DNA of 64,000 nucleotides. It comes from Tubulanus polymorphus. Taxonomy: Eukaryota; Animalia; Nemertea. Positions 1-10,400 of this stretch are shown here, in pieces. A program made the translations under genes and the position numbers. How positions within the stretch are numbered: the stretch's first letter is position 1; every line of letters starts with the position of its first letter. Below the pieces are notes generated by a model. The model was not told where the DNA came from and searched no databases. It was given only the letters and a program-made list of their open reading frames with translations. The DNA lies in contig NW_027437455.1 of NCBI RefSeq assembly GCF_964204645.1, positions 38,455 through 102,454 on the forward strand. The letters are read 5' to 3'.

Positions 1-694
1 ATATATTATTATTATTAAATTTTGGATTTATAACTCTTGGATCTTCTATTACATTATCTGTACCAATATGTTTAATTGAGTATTTATGATTCAATTGTTT
101 ATCATATATTACATATTCTTTACATTTTTCACACCAAGATTTAAATACTTTTATTGCATGGGCTGAATCATTTCCACTTTTTGTTTTTAATTTATAATGT
201 TTTGCCCAATTAGCCTTTGTTATACATTCATTACAGAAAGCACAACAATTCTGATCCTCTTTACATTTATCTTTATATATATTGGCATATGTTTTTACTA
301 ATTGTAAAATATGTTCATCTTTTTTGATGTGTAATAAATAATCATTGTAATTATCAAAATCTTCTTCACAATACATACATCTGATGTTATCTTTTGGTTG
401 AACATTTGATTTTTCTATTTTAGGTTCAATATTATCATCATTCGATGTAGAAGGTATAACATTATCTTCTATTTTTATATCAATATTATCTTTTATTTTA
501 GGTTCAATATTATCTTCTATTTTTATATCAATATTATTATTACGTTCAATTAAATATTCTTTGTATTGATTTAATTCATTTAATAAAAATGTTCCAATAT
601 ATTCATTTATTCTTTTATAAGGTATTACATAATACAAATCATCATCGATTTCTTTATCAGCTTTGATTCTTTCATATAGTTTACCTCCTTCCAT
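1..694 (-). CDS. Multi-C2H2 zinc-finger protein, 3'-truncated by the window edge (not in the ORF track)
   Basis: Manual translation from ATG at 694 (MEGGKLYERIKADK...) is open to position 1. It has CMYC..HIKKDEH, CAFC..KHYK and CEKC..HKYSIKH motifs and short DNIEPKI/DIKIEDN repeats. TAAATG start. Confidence 0.8.
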   Translation of the reverse strand, partial: MEGGKLYERIKADKEIDDDLYYVIPYKRINEYIGTFLLNELNQYKEYLIERNNNIDIKIEDNIEPKIKDNIDIKIEDNVIPSTSNDDNIEPKIEKSNVQPKDNIRCMYCEEDFDNYNDYLLHIKKDEHILQLVKTYANIYKDKCKEDQNCCAFCNECITKANWAKHYKLKTKSGNDSAHAIKVFKSWCEKCKEYVIYDKQLNHKYSIKHIGTDNVIEDPRVINPKFNNNNI

Positions 695-726
695 TTATTA
701 TATATATTTTTATTAAAGTTAAAATT

Positions 727-1974
727 TTAATACATAACACTATCTAATTGAGAATTTACAATATTTAATTGCGCGTCAGATATAGTATAAATATGCATTT
801 TAAAATTTTTGATTCCCTTTTTCTTTGTCATGAATAATTGTATTCCATCTTTTGTATTTTGTAGTTTTTTTCCAGAACCATGTAATGAATTATCCTCTGT
901 TGTTCTAAAATCTAACCATAATGCAAATTTATTACTGGTATAATAATCAATTTGATTAATGTTACAATTTTCAAATGATTTTACTTTTTCATTCATAAAA
1001 TGTTTTTTAATTTCTACCCATTGATCTATCATTCTCATTCCTTGACAAAATATTTTATTCGCTATACCTTCGATAGTTATTTGTACTTTTGTTATTTCAG
1101 GATTATAATAATTGTCAACATTTATTGCACCATTAGTATACGTTCCAATGGTAAAAAATATTAATATACCTTTAATAGATCTTCTAGGAAAGTTAATATT
1201 CTCATTAATTATTTCATCATTTGCATTAATAGTTACAGTTTTAAATTTATCAATATAATCATATAATAATGAAAATCCTTGATTGTATTGAGTTTGAATT
1301 GTTCTAGCAATATTTTCATCAGTTACTGTATCATATTCTAAACATATATTCGATAATTTATAACTCATATCTTTATTAACGCTAGATAATACAATTTCAT
1401 TTACAGGAGCAAATGTTATCTCAAATACAATATCTTCTTGAATTGCGTATTTATATAAAGGTGCATTATTATTTATCAATTCAAAGTCTAATGGAATTTT
1501 ATATTTGCTTCCATATATACTTTTTATCAATTTATCTACATCATTTGTTAATATTGCGCTATTAGCTTCTGATCTTAATTTATTTTGGTTTTCTGATTGA
1601 ATTCCTTGAAATATCATATTATTTCTATTTTCTTTAGTTAACCATAAATCTTTATAGTGCATAAATAAATTATAATCATCTAATGAGAAAACTGTTTCTG
1701 GACCAATCTTTATTGTTAACTTTTTAATCAAATATCTTCCAACATTATCAACGACATAATTATTATTATTACCGATTACTTTTATATCAGCTGATAAATA
1801 AATACTGTTTGGAACATAAAAAGTATTTTGTGTTAATCTCGGAATTCTAACGTATAAAGTTTCATCGGGATTAATATTTGAAGGGTTATGAGTAATTATA
1901 TGATGTGATCTTTCTGCTTTAATAGCATTAGATATTCTATGATTCTTAGAAGGATTGATATAACTCCCACTCAT
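727..1974 (-). CDS. Putative major capsid protein (double jelly-roll)
   Basis: 415 aa, beta-strand-rich pattern (THNPSNINPDETLYVRIP, YKIPLDF, LSNICLEYD, SIKGILIFF, FALWLDFRT, YTISDAQLNI). Resembles, from memory, capsid ORFs of invertebrate Polinton-like elements. Size and context fit. Confidence 0.7.
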   Translation of the reverse strand: MSGSYINPSKNHRISNAIKAERSHHIITHNPSNINPDETLYVRIPRLTQNTFYVPNSIYLSADIKVIGNNNNYVVDNVGRYLIKKLTIKIGPETVFSLDDYNLFMHYKDLWLTKENRNNMIFQGIQSENQNKLRSEANSAILTNDVDKLIKSIYGSKYKIPLDFELINNNAPLYKYAIQEDIVFEITFAPVNEIVLSSVNKDMSYKLSNICLEYDTVTDENIARTIQTQYNQGFSLLYDYIDKFKTVTINANDEIINENINFPRRSIKGILIFFTIGTYTNGAINVDNYYNPEITKVQITIEGIANKIFCQGMRMIDQWVEIKKHFMNEKVKSFENCNINQIDYYTSNKFALWLDFRTTEDNSLHGSGKKLQNTKDGIQLFMTKKKGIKNFKMHIYTISDAQLNIVNSQLDSVMY

Positions 1975-1994
1975 TTATTTAACAAAAAAATTAA

Positions 1995-3419
1995 TTATTT
2001 ATTTTTAATCATGTTTACTAACCCAAAAATAATTGCACTTACAACTGTAATTAAAAATAAAATAATATGTTCAGCAGCAAAGTTAAGAATATTACCTGCA
2101 GATTTTAAAACAAAACCAACAATTGAAGCAATAACTCCGGGTAATGCTGCAGCAGATTTTTTAGATAGTTCCCATAAATATTTTGCTAATTTCTTTAAAC
2201 CATCTTTAACTTTATCTTGTATAGAATTATTGCTTGGAGGTTTATCTGGTTTATTAGGAGTGGGAGTAGATTTCAAAGCATTTGATATTGCTAAACCAAT
2301 TGTTGTAAATAACATAGTTACAGCTGTTAGAATGGAAAGAATTGTTATTCCTTCTAATTTAAATAATAATCTTATTCTGTCTTTTAATGATATTTCAGAA
2401 TCTGGTTTAATCAACAAATCTTTAAAAATAACTTTTAATCTATTTATATTATAATCATGTGATTTTAACAATAATTTAATTTCTTCTTTTTGTAATTCTA
2501 TGTTATATTCTAAATCATCAATTTCTTTTTCTAAACGTAATTCTTTTTGATTATATTCTATTTCATCAATTACTTGATGATCTAAATCAGACTTTAATTT
2601 TTCTATTTCTTTATTTTTATCAGATAATTCTTTTTCTAAAGTTCTAATTTTTTGATCTCTTATACTTTTATTATGTGCAATTTTATCAGCTTCATTTCTT
2701 ATACTAATAATTTCTCTAATTGCTTCATCAGAAAATATATTTAAATTTTCTAATTCTTGATCTGTTGCATCAAGTAATCCATTTGGTAAAAGTTTTTCAG
2801 TTTGAACTTTATTTGATTTAAGTTTACTAGTTTTGGAAGTTATATTCTGTTCAGAAGTTGTTTCTGTTTCTAAATTATTATTGATTATCTTAAAAAATTT
2901 AGCATTTCTTTGTTTAAATTCTTTTATATTATCAGATCTTTCTTTTTCTGTAACATCAATTATAGCATCATTATTGATTTTCTTAATTCTAGATTGTTCT
3001 AATAAATTAAAAGTTGATTTTGTTATTATTTTATCACCACTTTTAAGATTTGAAATCTTAAAATAATAGTCACCTTTCAATTTCCAATAATATTCACCAT
3101 TTAAAAATTTTAAATTTTTTACTAAATGATTCATACCTTTATTTGTTATATTGAATCCAGATTTTTCTAATATTGGTTTAAATTCATAAATAATTTCATT
3201 ATATTTTAATTCTTTTTCTGTTATTTCTGGTACTTCATTTTCAATACTTATCTTTGAACGTGTTTTATCAATATATTGAGGTGTAGTTAAATTAGAATTA
3301 TATGCTGTTTCATTACCATCATTAAAACTTGTTTCATCAAAATCAGGTGGTTGTTCATCAGTTATACCAGGTTCATCAAAAGGATCCATTCCAATATCTT
3401 CTACACCTTCTACATCCAT
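1995..3419 (-). CDS. Coiled-coil protein with C-terminal hydrophobic/amphipathic helices (putative virion membrane protein)
   Basis: 474 aa. Acidic N-terminus, long heptad-rich E/K region, then hydrophobic segments GITILSILTAVTMLFTTIGLAI, AAALPGVIASIVGFVL and IILFLITVVSAIIFGLV. TAAATG start. Confidence 0.75.
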   Translation of the reverse strand: MDVEGVEDIGMDPFDEPGITDEQPPDFDETSFNDGNETAYNSNLTTPQYIDKTRSKISIENEVPEITEKELKYNEIIYEFKPILEKSGFNITNKGMNHLVKNLKFLNGEYYWKLKGDYYFKISNLKSGDKIITKSTFNLLEQSRIKKINNDAIIDVTEKERSDNIKEFKQRNAKFFKIINNNLETETTSEQNITSKTSKLKSNKVQTEKLLPNGLLDATDQELENLNIFSDEAIREIISIRNEADKIAHNKSIRDQKIRTLEKELSDKNKEIEKLKSDLDHQVIDEIEYNQKELRLEKEIDDLEYNIELQKEEIKLLLKSHDYNINRLKVIFKDLLIKPDSEISLKDRIRLLFKLEGITILSILTAVTMLFTTIGLAISNALKSTPTPNKPDKPPSNNSIQDKVKDGLKKLAKYLWELSKKSAAALPGVIASIVGFVLKSAGNILNFAAEHIILFLITVVSAIIFGLVNMIKNK

Positions 3420-3435
3420 TTACATAATAAAAAAA

Positions 3436-4824
3436 TTAAAATTTAAAATATAATATTCCTCCGATTACAATTCCTATACAAGTTATAGCTAATTTAGTAT
3501 TTTCATGGGATTTATTATCATCATTTAGTTTAATTATATCATGTTGAATTTTATCAGTTCTATTATTTTCTGATGTATTGTAATCTTTTATTTTAGAATC
3601 ATTATCCAATTTAATATTCTTAGTTTTAGTTTCTGTTGATTGAATGTGTTTTTTATTTTTTTCACCTTCCATTAATTTTGGAGCAGTAATAATCTTTTTA
3701 TTTATATCATTTAACCCAAATGAATTATTTATTGTTGCAGTTTTAATTAGATTATTATAACCAATTATATTTCCCATCTTTAATACTAAATCATTAGAAA
3801 TAATTAATAGATTAGGGCCTATACAATAATTAAGTCTTACATGAGATTTATCTAAATAATTTTGATATCTTATAATGTTTTCTGGAATCGATCTATTTTT
3901 ATCATTATGAATTGAATCTTCAAATAAAACTTTAAACTGGTTTTGTGTATCGAATGATGTATTCAAATTTCCAATTATCGGTGATCTTGTTTCAACTTGT
4001 GATCCTAGAATACAAATCAAATAAGTTCTAATAGATTGATTTATTCTTTCTATACCTGATTTAGTAAAACCTTCACTATTTTCTAAAATAAAATAAACCC
4101 AACCATTATTGTTTTCTTGTTTTAAATTATCATAAAATTTTGGTAATTTATTGAAATTTAATGTTTCTAAATCCTTTGTTTCTATTTTACCATAACCTAA
4201 TTTTTTATTATAGATATTATAAAAACTATTAGATGGTATGGGAAGTGCACAATATTCTGCAATCTTTTTAGGGCATGGAAGTGATCTTATTGTTCCAATT
4301 TTTATTCTAAAATCAGAATTATTTATATCTATATTAAATTCATTGCAAATTTTATAAAACTTAGATAAATTAATATTATTATCTAATTCTTTAAAATATC
4401 TAGATCCTGGTAAAGCGCACTCTAATTCATTTAATATTATTCTGATTTGAAAGTATGTATGAAATCTAAATAAACTTTGAATTAGTTTATATTTAGAATT
4501 ATTTAAATGATCATTCCAACTTATTCCACATCCTGTTGTTGCACAATAAACAGCAAAATTTAATTGGTTCTGCCAATACTTCATATTAGATTTTAATAAC
4601 CATTGTTTTTCATCTTTCAATTTTTTAAAATTAATTAAATATACATGAAATATATTTTCCATCTTTGCATTAAAATTATTAGTTTCAGTAACGTAAATTT
4701 CTAAATTAGTTAATGAATCTAAAACTTCATTTCTATATGTAATATCTTTATTAAAATCTATTGCTGGAATATTATATTTAATTGATTTATTATATCGGAA
4801 AGTTTTTGGAAAACTATCTGCCAT
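3436..4824 (-). CDS. Polinton-like virus protein of unknown function with C-terminal membrane anchor
   Basis: 462 aa with WQNQLNFAVYCATTGCGIS, FRFHTYFQIR and INQSIRTYLICILGSQ blocks. Ends in LAITCIGIVIGGILYF. TAAATG start. Confidence 0.75.
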   Translation of the reverse strand: MADSFPKTFRYNKSIKYNIPAIDFNKDITYRNEVLDSLTNLEIYVTETNNFNAKMENIFHVYLINFKKLKDEKQWLLKSNMKYWQNQLNFAVYCATTGCGISWNDHLNNSKYKLIQSLFRFHTYFQIRIILNELECALPGSRYFKELDNNINLSKFYKICNEFNIDINNSDFRIKIGTIRSLPCPKKIAEYCALPIPSNSFYNIYNKKLGYGKIETKDLETLNFNKLPKFYDNLKQENNNGWVYFILENSEGFTKSGIERINQSIRTYLICILGSQVETRSPIIGNLNTSFDTQNQFKVLFEDSIHNDKNRSIPENIIRYQNYLDKSHVRLNYCIGPNLLIISNDLVLKMGNIIGYNNLIKTATINNSFGLNDINKKIITAPKLMEGEKNKKHIQSTETKTKNIKLDNDSKIKDYNTSENNRTDKIQHDIIKLNDDNKSHENTKLAITCIGIVIGGILYFKF

Positions 4825-4841
4825 TTATATAATTTAAAAAA

Positions 4842-5276
4842 TTAATAATTTATTAATTCTTTTAATAATTTATCTTGTTCTTCAACTGTTATATGACCAT
4901 TTAAACTTATTATATAATCTAGTGTGTTCTTTAATTTATTAATTTCTTTTATATTAGATTTTATTTTTTCTTTATTACTTTTTATATTTAATTTTGAACT
5001 TATACCAGTTAAAACACTTGAACTTAATCCTAATACACCAATTGATATAGCTAAAGGTGTTAATGGACTGAATATTGCTAGAAATGTTATTACAGAACTA
5101 ATTGTAACCGAACCACTTATAATCAAATAATATATAATTTTACTTTTTAGATATTTTTTCTTTTTTATCTTTAAGTCACTTTCAAATTCTAATATTTGTT
5201 TTTCTAAATATGTTTTTAATTTAGTTTTATTTATATCATGAGGAATAATATCAATACTATCAACTTTATCTTCCAT
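4842..5276 (-). CDS. Small membrane protein (two hydrophobic helices)
   Basis: 144 aa with a central hydrophobic hairpin flanked by basic coiled regions. TAAATG start. Confidence 0.7.
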   Translation of the reverse strand: MEDKVDSIDIIPHDINKTKLKTYLEKQILEFESDLKIKKKKYLKSKIIYYLIISGSVTISSVITFLAIFSPLTPLAISIGVLGLSSSVLTGISSKLNIKSNKEKIKSNIKEINKLKNTLDYIISLNGHITVEEQDKLLKELINY

Positions 5277-5295
5277 TTATTTAGAATAAAAATTA

Positions 5296-5713
5296 CTAAT
5301 TAGTAAACTTATAAGCAACAAATATAACAATAACAGTTCCACCTAAAATCCATATTATTTCATATTTCTGTTGTTCTTTACTCGGGGTATAATAATCTGA
5401 TAATTTAGGTTTGTATAGATTTTTCTTTATTTGTTACTGCGTTATATAAACTCATTGCATCATCAACTGATTGAAAATCTCTATGTGAAATCTTCTGATC
5501 ATATAATTCTTTATTGATGTAATCCATATAGTTTTGTCTCTTTTCTCTATATTCTTCTGCAGCTTTATTGTATTTCTCTAACGTTAAGTTATGTCTTCTT
5601 TGTTCTCCTAATGAACTATTTTTATCAATATGTTTAAATAAATATCCACCACCAGTAAATGCTAAAGCGTTAACAATTGCCGATCCTATAATAGTTATAA
5701 TTGCAGAAGCCAT
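5296..5713 (-). pseudogene. Small membrane protein with +1 frameshift near 5420-5424 (ORF track gives 5405-5713)
   Basis: Removing one base from the A5 run extends the ORF with NLYKPKLSDYYTPSKEQQKYEIIWILGGTVIVIFVAYKFTN* to a stop at 5296, 20 bp before the next ATG. This fills the gap and adds a C-terminal TM segment. Confidence 0.75.
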
Positions 5714-5736
5714 TTATTTAGCAAAAAATTATGCAT

Positions 5737-5958
5737 TTATATGGGAGGAATATATTTTTGTTTTTCCAAATAATCAATAGTTAAATTAGATAAAGTAACT
5801 GCTAATGTTAACTTTAAAATATCATTTATATCAAATCTATCAACATTAACACTTCCCATTTTGAATACTTTTTTTAATACCATTGAATAACCAACAGTTC
5901 CAACTGATAGTAATGCGCCATTATATAATCCAGTTATTATCCACTTATTATCACTCAT
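5737..5958 (-). CDS. Small hydrophobic protein
   Basis: 73 aa, TAAATG start overlapping the upstream stop, two amphipathic/hydrophobic helices. Confidence 0.7.
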   Translation of the reverse strand: MSDNKWIITGLYNGALLSVGTVGYSMVLKKVFKMGSVNVDRFDINDILKLTLAVTLSNLTIDYLEKQKYIPPI

Positions 5959-6315
5959 TTATTTATCAAAAAAATCACTATCATCAAAATATTTAGTTAT
6001 CTTAGTGATGATTATTTCAACATTTATTTTATTACTAGTTTCATTTGTATATATTTCAATTATTATTTTTTTAATATCATCGATTATAAAATCTTCATCT
6101 AATTCATAAAATCTTAAAGATTCTCTAATTAAATTAGTAATCTTTTCTACATTTAAAGTTTCTTTATCTATTGTTGTTTCATACTCAAATGTTGTTTCAT
6201 TAGAAAATACAATATTTTTGATATGTGTTATTACATCATTAATATTAAATTTCATTTCTTTCTCACGTTTAAAATCAAATCCAAAACATATACTCGGTCC
6301 AACAGTTATATTCAT
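5959..6315 (-). CDS. Hypothetical acidic protein
   Basis: 118 aa with a T7-N6-TAAATG start, tightly packed in the gene cluster. Confidence 0.65.
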   Translation of the reverse strand: MNITVGPSICFGFDFKREKEMKFNINDVITHIKNIVFSNETTFEYETTIDKETLNVEKITNLIRESLRFYELDEDFIIDDIKKIIIEIYTNETSNKINVEIIITKITKYFDDSDFFDK

Positions 6316-6331
6316 TTATATATCAAAAAAA

Positions 6332-7088
6332 TTACTCTCTACATCTTATAACTAATTCATATATCACAGGAAAGTTATTTAAATCAATTAAGTATCCATT
6401 ATGATTTCTTATTTCTAATTTAAAATTATTAAATTTAGGAATGCAAGGTTTAAAATCACATTCTGTTAAATTATAATTTATTTGAGTTCCAAATTGTTTA
6501 ACATTTTTTTAGCGGTAAAATATTTAGTATACTAGAACTACAAATTGTTTCTTTAGTTGCTTCGAAAGTTTTTGTGGGCTCGATTAAATTGCAATAAATA
6601 TAAAAGTGTGTAAAAGGTATTATATTTGGCGTAGTATCAACATTTGAATAAACTTTATTTGGATTAACTCCTAGCATTTTAGCTAATGGTTTTCTTACTA
6701 TGAATTTATATTGTTCATTAGTTAACTTTATTCTTATTTTATTAGTACTATCGATTTTATTAAATTTAATGTTAAACCCAACAGATTCACCCACTTTTAA
6801 CCGAGCTCTTCTATTAATTTCTTGTGCTAATGTATCTAAATTATATAATCCTGGTCTTAGAAATAGATGATACCATTTATCCATATTTCTATCATGAATC
6901 ATAAACAATCTATGATCAAAACTTTTATCCGATATATTGTAAAAAGAATTACATAAACTTATATTAACTAATTTTAAATCTACACAATTCTTAAATTCTC
7001 TATCTAATTGTACTAATAAATTATGAGATTTATAATTTGTAAGTTTTCTAGAATCAACAAATATTCTATATTCTTTTAATTCCGCCAT
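6332..7088 (-). pseudogene. Putative minor capsid (penton) protein with +1 frameshift in the A7 run at 6504-6510 (ORF track gives 6498-7088)
   Basis: N-terminal IFVDSR, LKLVNISLCNSFYNI, LRPGLYNLDTL and FYIYCNLI motifs are typical of Polinton pentons. The corrected frame ends FKLEIRNHNGYLIDLNNFPVIYELVIRCRE*, a penton-like C-terminus, for 251 aa in total. Confidence 0.75.
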
Positions 7089-7105
7089 TTATTTTACATA
7101 TTTTC

Positions 7106-7447
7106 TTATTCGAAATCTATTTCATGGTGTCCTTTTTCATTCTTACCTTTGTATATGAAATAGAAATCTCCAGAACATAATTCTTCTAGATCTTCACTTG
7201 ATAATCTATGAAATCTATCTGGTAAATAAGTCCTGAATTTATATTTATTTCCTTTTAATCCTTCATATTCTAAATGAATTACTAATTTATCTCCATATTT
7301 ATTAGTAATTGTAACAATATTTGTAATTAAATATTTCTTGTGAATTGTTAACTCAGTTAGTTTTTTGAATTTATAATCTACAGATTTTACATTTGTGGTA
7401 TCTTTAATTCTATCTAAGAATTCATTGTGTACTTGTTTACTCTCCAT
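7106..7447 (-). CDS. Small Polinton protein, possible OB-fold ssDNA-binding protein
   Basis: 113 aa with a KKLTEL..Y.I....TNKYG...TYLPDRF...FIYKG pattern, adjacent to PolB. The fold assignment is inference. Confidence 0.5.
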   Translation of the reverse strand: MESKQVHNEFLDRIKDTTNVKSVDYKFKKLTELTIHKKYLITNIVTITNKYGDKLVIHLEYEGLKGNKYKFRTYLPDRFHRLSSEDLEELCSGDFYFIYKGKNEKGHHEIDFE

Positions 7448-7475
7448 TTATTATACAAATTTTAATTGAAATTTA

Positions 7476-10400
7476 TTAACACGCTAGAATCCTTTTCATA
7501 ATCTCATTTTCTTTTGTTTCTTCTCTTTTGAATTTTATATATTCATCTAAATTGCAACCATAGGCGACTGTGTGGATTCCATCATCTAAAATATATCTTT
7601 TATCATCAAATGGATTTAGACTTATCTTCTCTATCTCTTCAATAAACATTTCGTGGTACTCAGATCTTAAACATTTCATTTTATGTTTTCTAACTTCTTC
7701 ATTAAATATACAATTGATGTAATCTTTAAAATGAATATTCTTTTCTACTACACTTTTGGTTATTCCTTTTAACTTTTTAGCTTCATGTTCTTTAGTTTTA
7801 TAACTATACATTTTAGATCTAATACCAATGAACTCTATCATTTCTTCACCGCCTAATTCATCCTTAAACTTCCCAGGAACTTTTTTATTATCATTGCTAA
7901 ACAATTCATGATCTTTAGGATAGTTACTGAAATCAAAATGGTGTTTTAATATTTTTAAGTCTTTTGTTATGTTATCACTTTTTATCTTTAATATGTAACT
8001 GTCAGTATCTAGATATAATATTTCTATATTTTTTTCTCCAAAATGGGGTTGTAATATGTTATAGTAAAATTGATACATTAATAACTTTGATAATTCTAAA
8101 ACCGATGCACCAACATAGATTGGTTTATTGAACTTCATAGAAGTTCTTTTTAATTTAACTGCTGCTAAATTTTCATCGAATATTCTATTACCTATGAATT
8201 TCGGATACGATTGCAAATGTCTAATTCTTTTACCATTACTGACTAACTCAATGTCGTTTCTATTACGAATATTCTCACAAGTCTTACCATAAAACGCATT
8301 ATTCATCAATTTAAAAAAATCCTTCTCAAAATCAGTTTTAGCTTCAGTTCTCTGTGTAGTATTAAAATCTATATATTTTTCTAACCACTTAGATTGACTA
8401 AATGAAATATATCTATGTACTTTTTTTAGAATCATTCCTTGATTCAAATAGAATTTTAACATTCTATAATGCACAACGTAATTATATTTATCTTCTTGAG
8501 TTACCATTAACTTTTCAGTATGAATATGATTATCGGGTTTAATTCTTTTTTGATAATTTGATAATTCTTCATGTTTAACAGTTTTATGTTCGGGACAATA
8601 TGCTAGATTTCTAGATTTGAATTTAATATTTTCAGGGTATTCTAAATCTACAACAAAGAAGTAACCAATATCTGAATCATCTGCAATATCTAGGATTCTT
8701 TTCTTCCAATCAAATTTATCAATTTGTAAAACTTCAGTTATTTCAAACATCCCATAAGGTTGTGGTTCTATCATTGCCCAACCATAAAGATTATTTGCAT
8801 CTATGTATAATAATTTATATCCAGGATTATCATTTACATTGAAATATCTATCACCCAATACACCTGAAACACCTCCTCTTATAGATTTTTCAAATAATAG
8901 TAATTGATCTATATTTGTTAACAAGTCCATTTTTATATCTGTAAATTTTAATCCACAATCCCATGTTAATCCTGGACTAGAATAACAATGACAAGGATCA
9001 ATATTGAAATATTTTAGGTTTACATCTCTAAACCTTTCGAATATATCGGTTAATAATAATACATCTGATTTTAAATATAAATCTACTAATTGTCCATGAT
9101 TTTTAATTTCGAAATGATTCCAAATATTCAATGTTCTATTATAGACTTCATCTTTAACATATTCATTTTTTATTTCATCATAGAATTGTTCTTTCAATAA
9201 TTCAGTTATTTTAAAATCATTATGATTTTTATAGAAAGAATATGGAATTGCTCCTTTATATCTCATTAATTTAAAATCATCATAATTTGGGTAATATTCT
9301 TTTAATATCTTTAATTCATCATCAACTAATGATTTAGATAAATTATCTAATGAACTATTTAAAAATCTATATGAATCTATAAATCTTAAACAACCAAATT
9401 GGAATGATATATAATTCTCAGATGTTTTAGCTAACATTCTAAATTTATAAGTTGGTATTTTATCTTTTGATCTATTTGAATTTAATCTTTCTATTTCATT
9501 ATTAATTTCTTCTATTTTATGACACAGTTGTTTGATAAATAAATGTGCGTCATATCCTGATAGATTATGAAATATAATGGGGACAAAATTTACTTTTTTG
9601 GCTTGCAAATTACAATTCTCATGTGCAGCGCCTCTAAACTTTCCATTCAAATGATCATGGTCTCTTACTTTTTTATCTTTATAATTAAATATCTTTTCAC
9701 AATAATAACATTTATCTGCAAACGCAAATACTTCTTTATCTTCTTCTGTCATAATTATTTCTTTATTTGTATTCAATAATTTACTAAATCTTATTTCATA
9801 TTCAATTAATAAGTCACAAAAATGATTGATAACATTTTCATTTCTATAATGATAATATTCACTTTCAATTAGTTCTGGATAATCAGATTTTATATATAAC
9901 CCGAAAGCAGCAGCTGATTGATGAATCATTTTAATAGTATTTGTTATTGGTGGTTCTTCTGAATAATCACTTTCATTAGAATTTAATTTCTTTCTTTTAT
10001 AATATATATCTTTTCTATCTTTATCTGTTAATTCTTTATTTAATGATTCAAAATCTCCATATATTACAAATGGTACTTTATTTTTGTAATCATATTTTTT
10101 GAATTCTAATATTTTATCTTTTTCATTTGGTAAAACTAATTTACAATAATCATGATTATCACATAATTGTTTATGATTTAATAATGCACCTTCAGTTCTG
10201 AATTTATGTAAACATTTTCTACATAGATATATTTTATTATCAAAATCATTTTCTGATTTAAAAAATAAATCAATTCTTTTAATCCACATATAATGATTCT
10301 CATAATATAGTATATCTATAACATCATTTGAATCATAATCTTTTGATAGGTATAAAGGTTCTAATGTATAATGTTTAATATTATTTCCTTTCGTATTTGG

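Larger units (their letters stand above)
1972..6331 (-). promoter_or_regulatory. Seven repeated T5-7-N6-8-TAAATG start elements (poxvirus late-promoter-like) upstream of ATGs at 1974, 3419, 4824, 5276, 5713, 5958 and 6315
   Basis: Minus strand: T7gttaaaTAAATG, T7attatgTAAATG, T6aaattataTAAATG, T5attctaaaTAAATG, T6gctaaaTAAATG, T7gataaaTAAATG, T7gatataTAAATG. Confidence 0.75.

Noticed and set aside
1975-6331. Intergenic T-runs as T5NT early terminators
   Set aside because: Only some fit T5NT; their fixed 6-8 nt spacing to TAAATG is better explained as a promoter core.
1939-9779. Plus-strand ORFs (1939-2454, 2833-3066, 4924-5130, 5568-5780, 9567-9779)
   Set aside because: Antisense shadows of longer minus-strand genes; they lack the TAAATG start motif.
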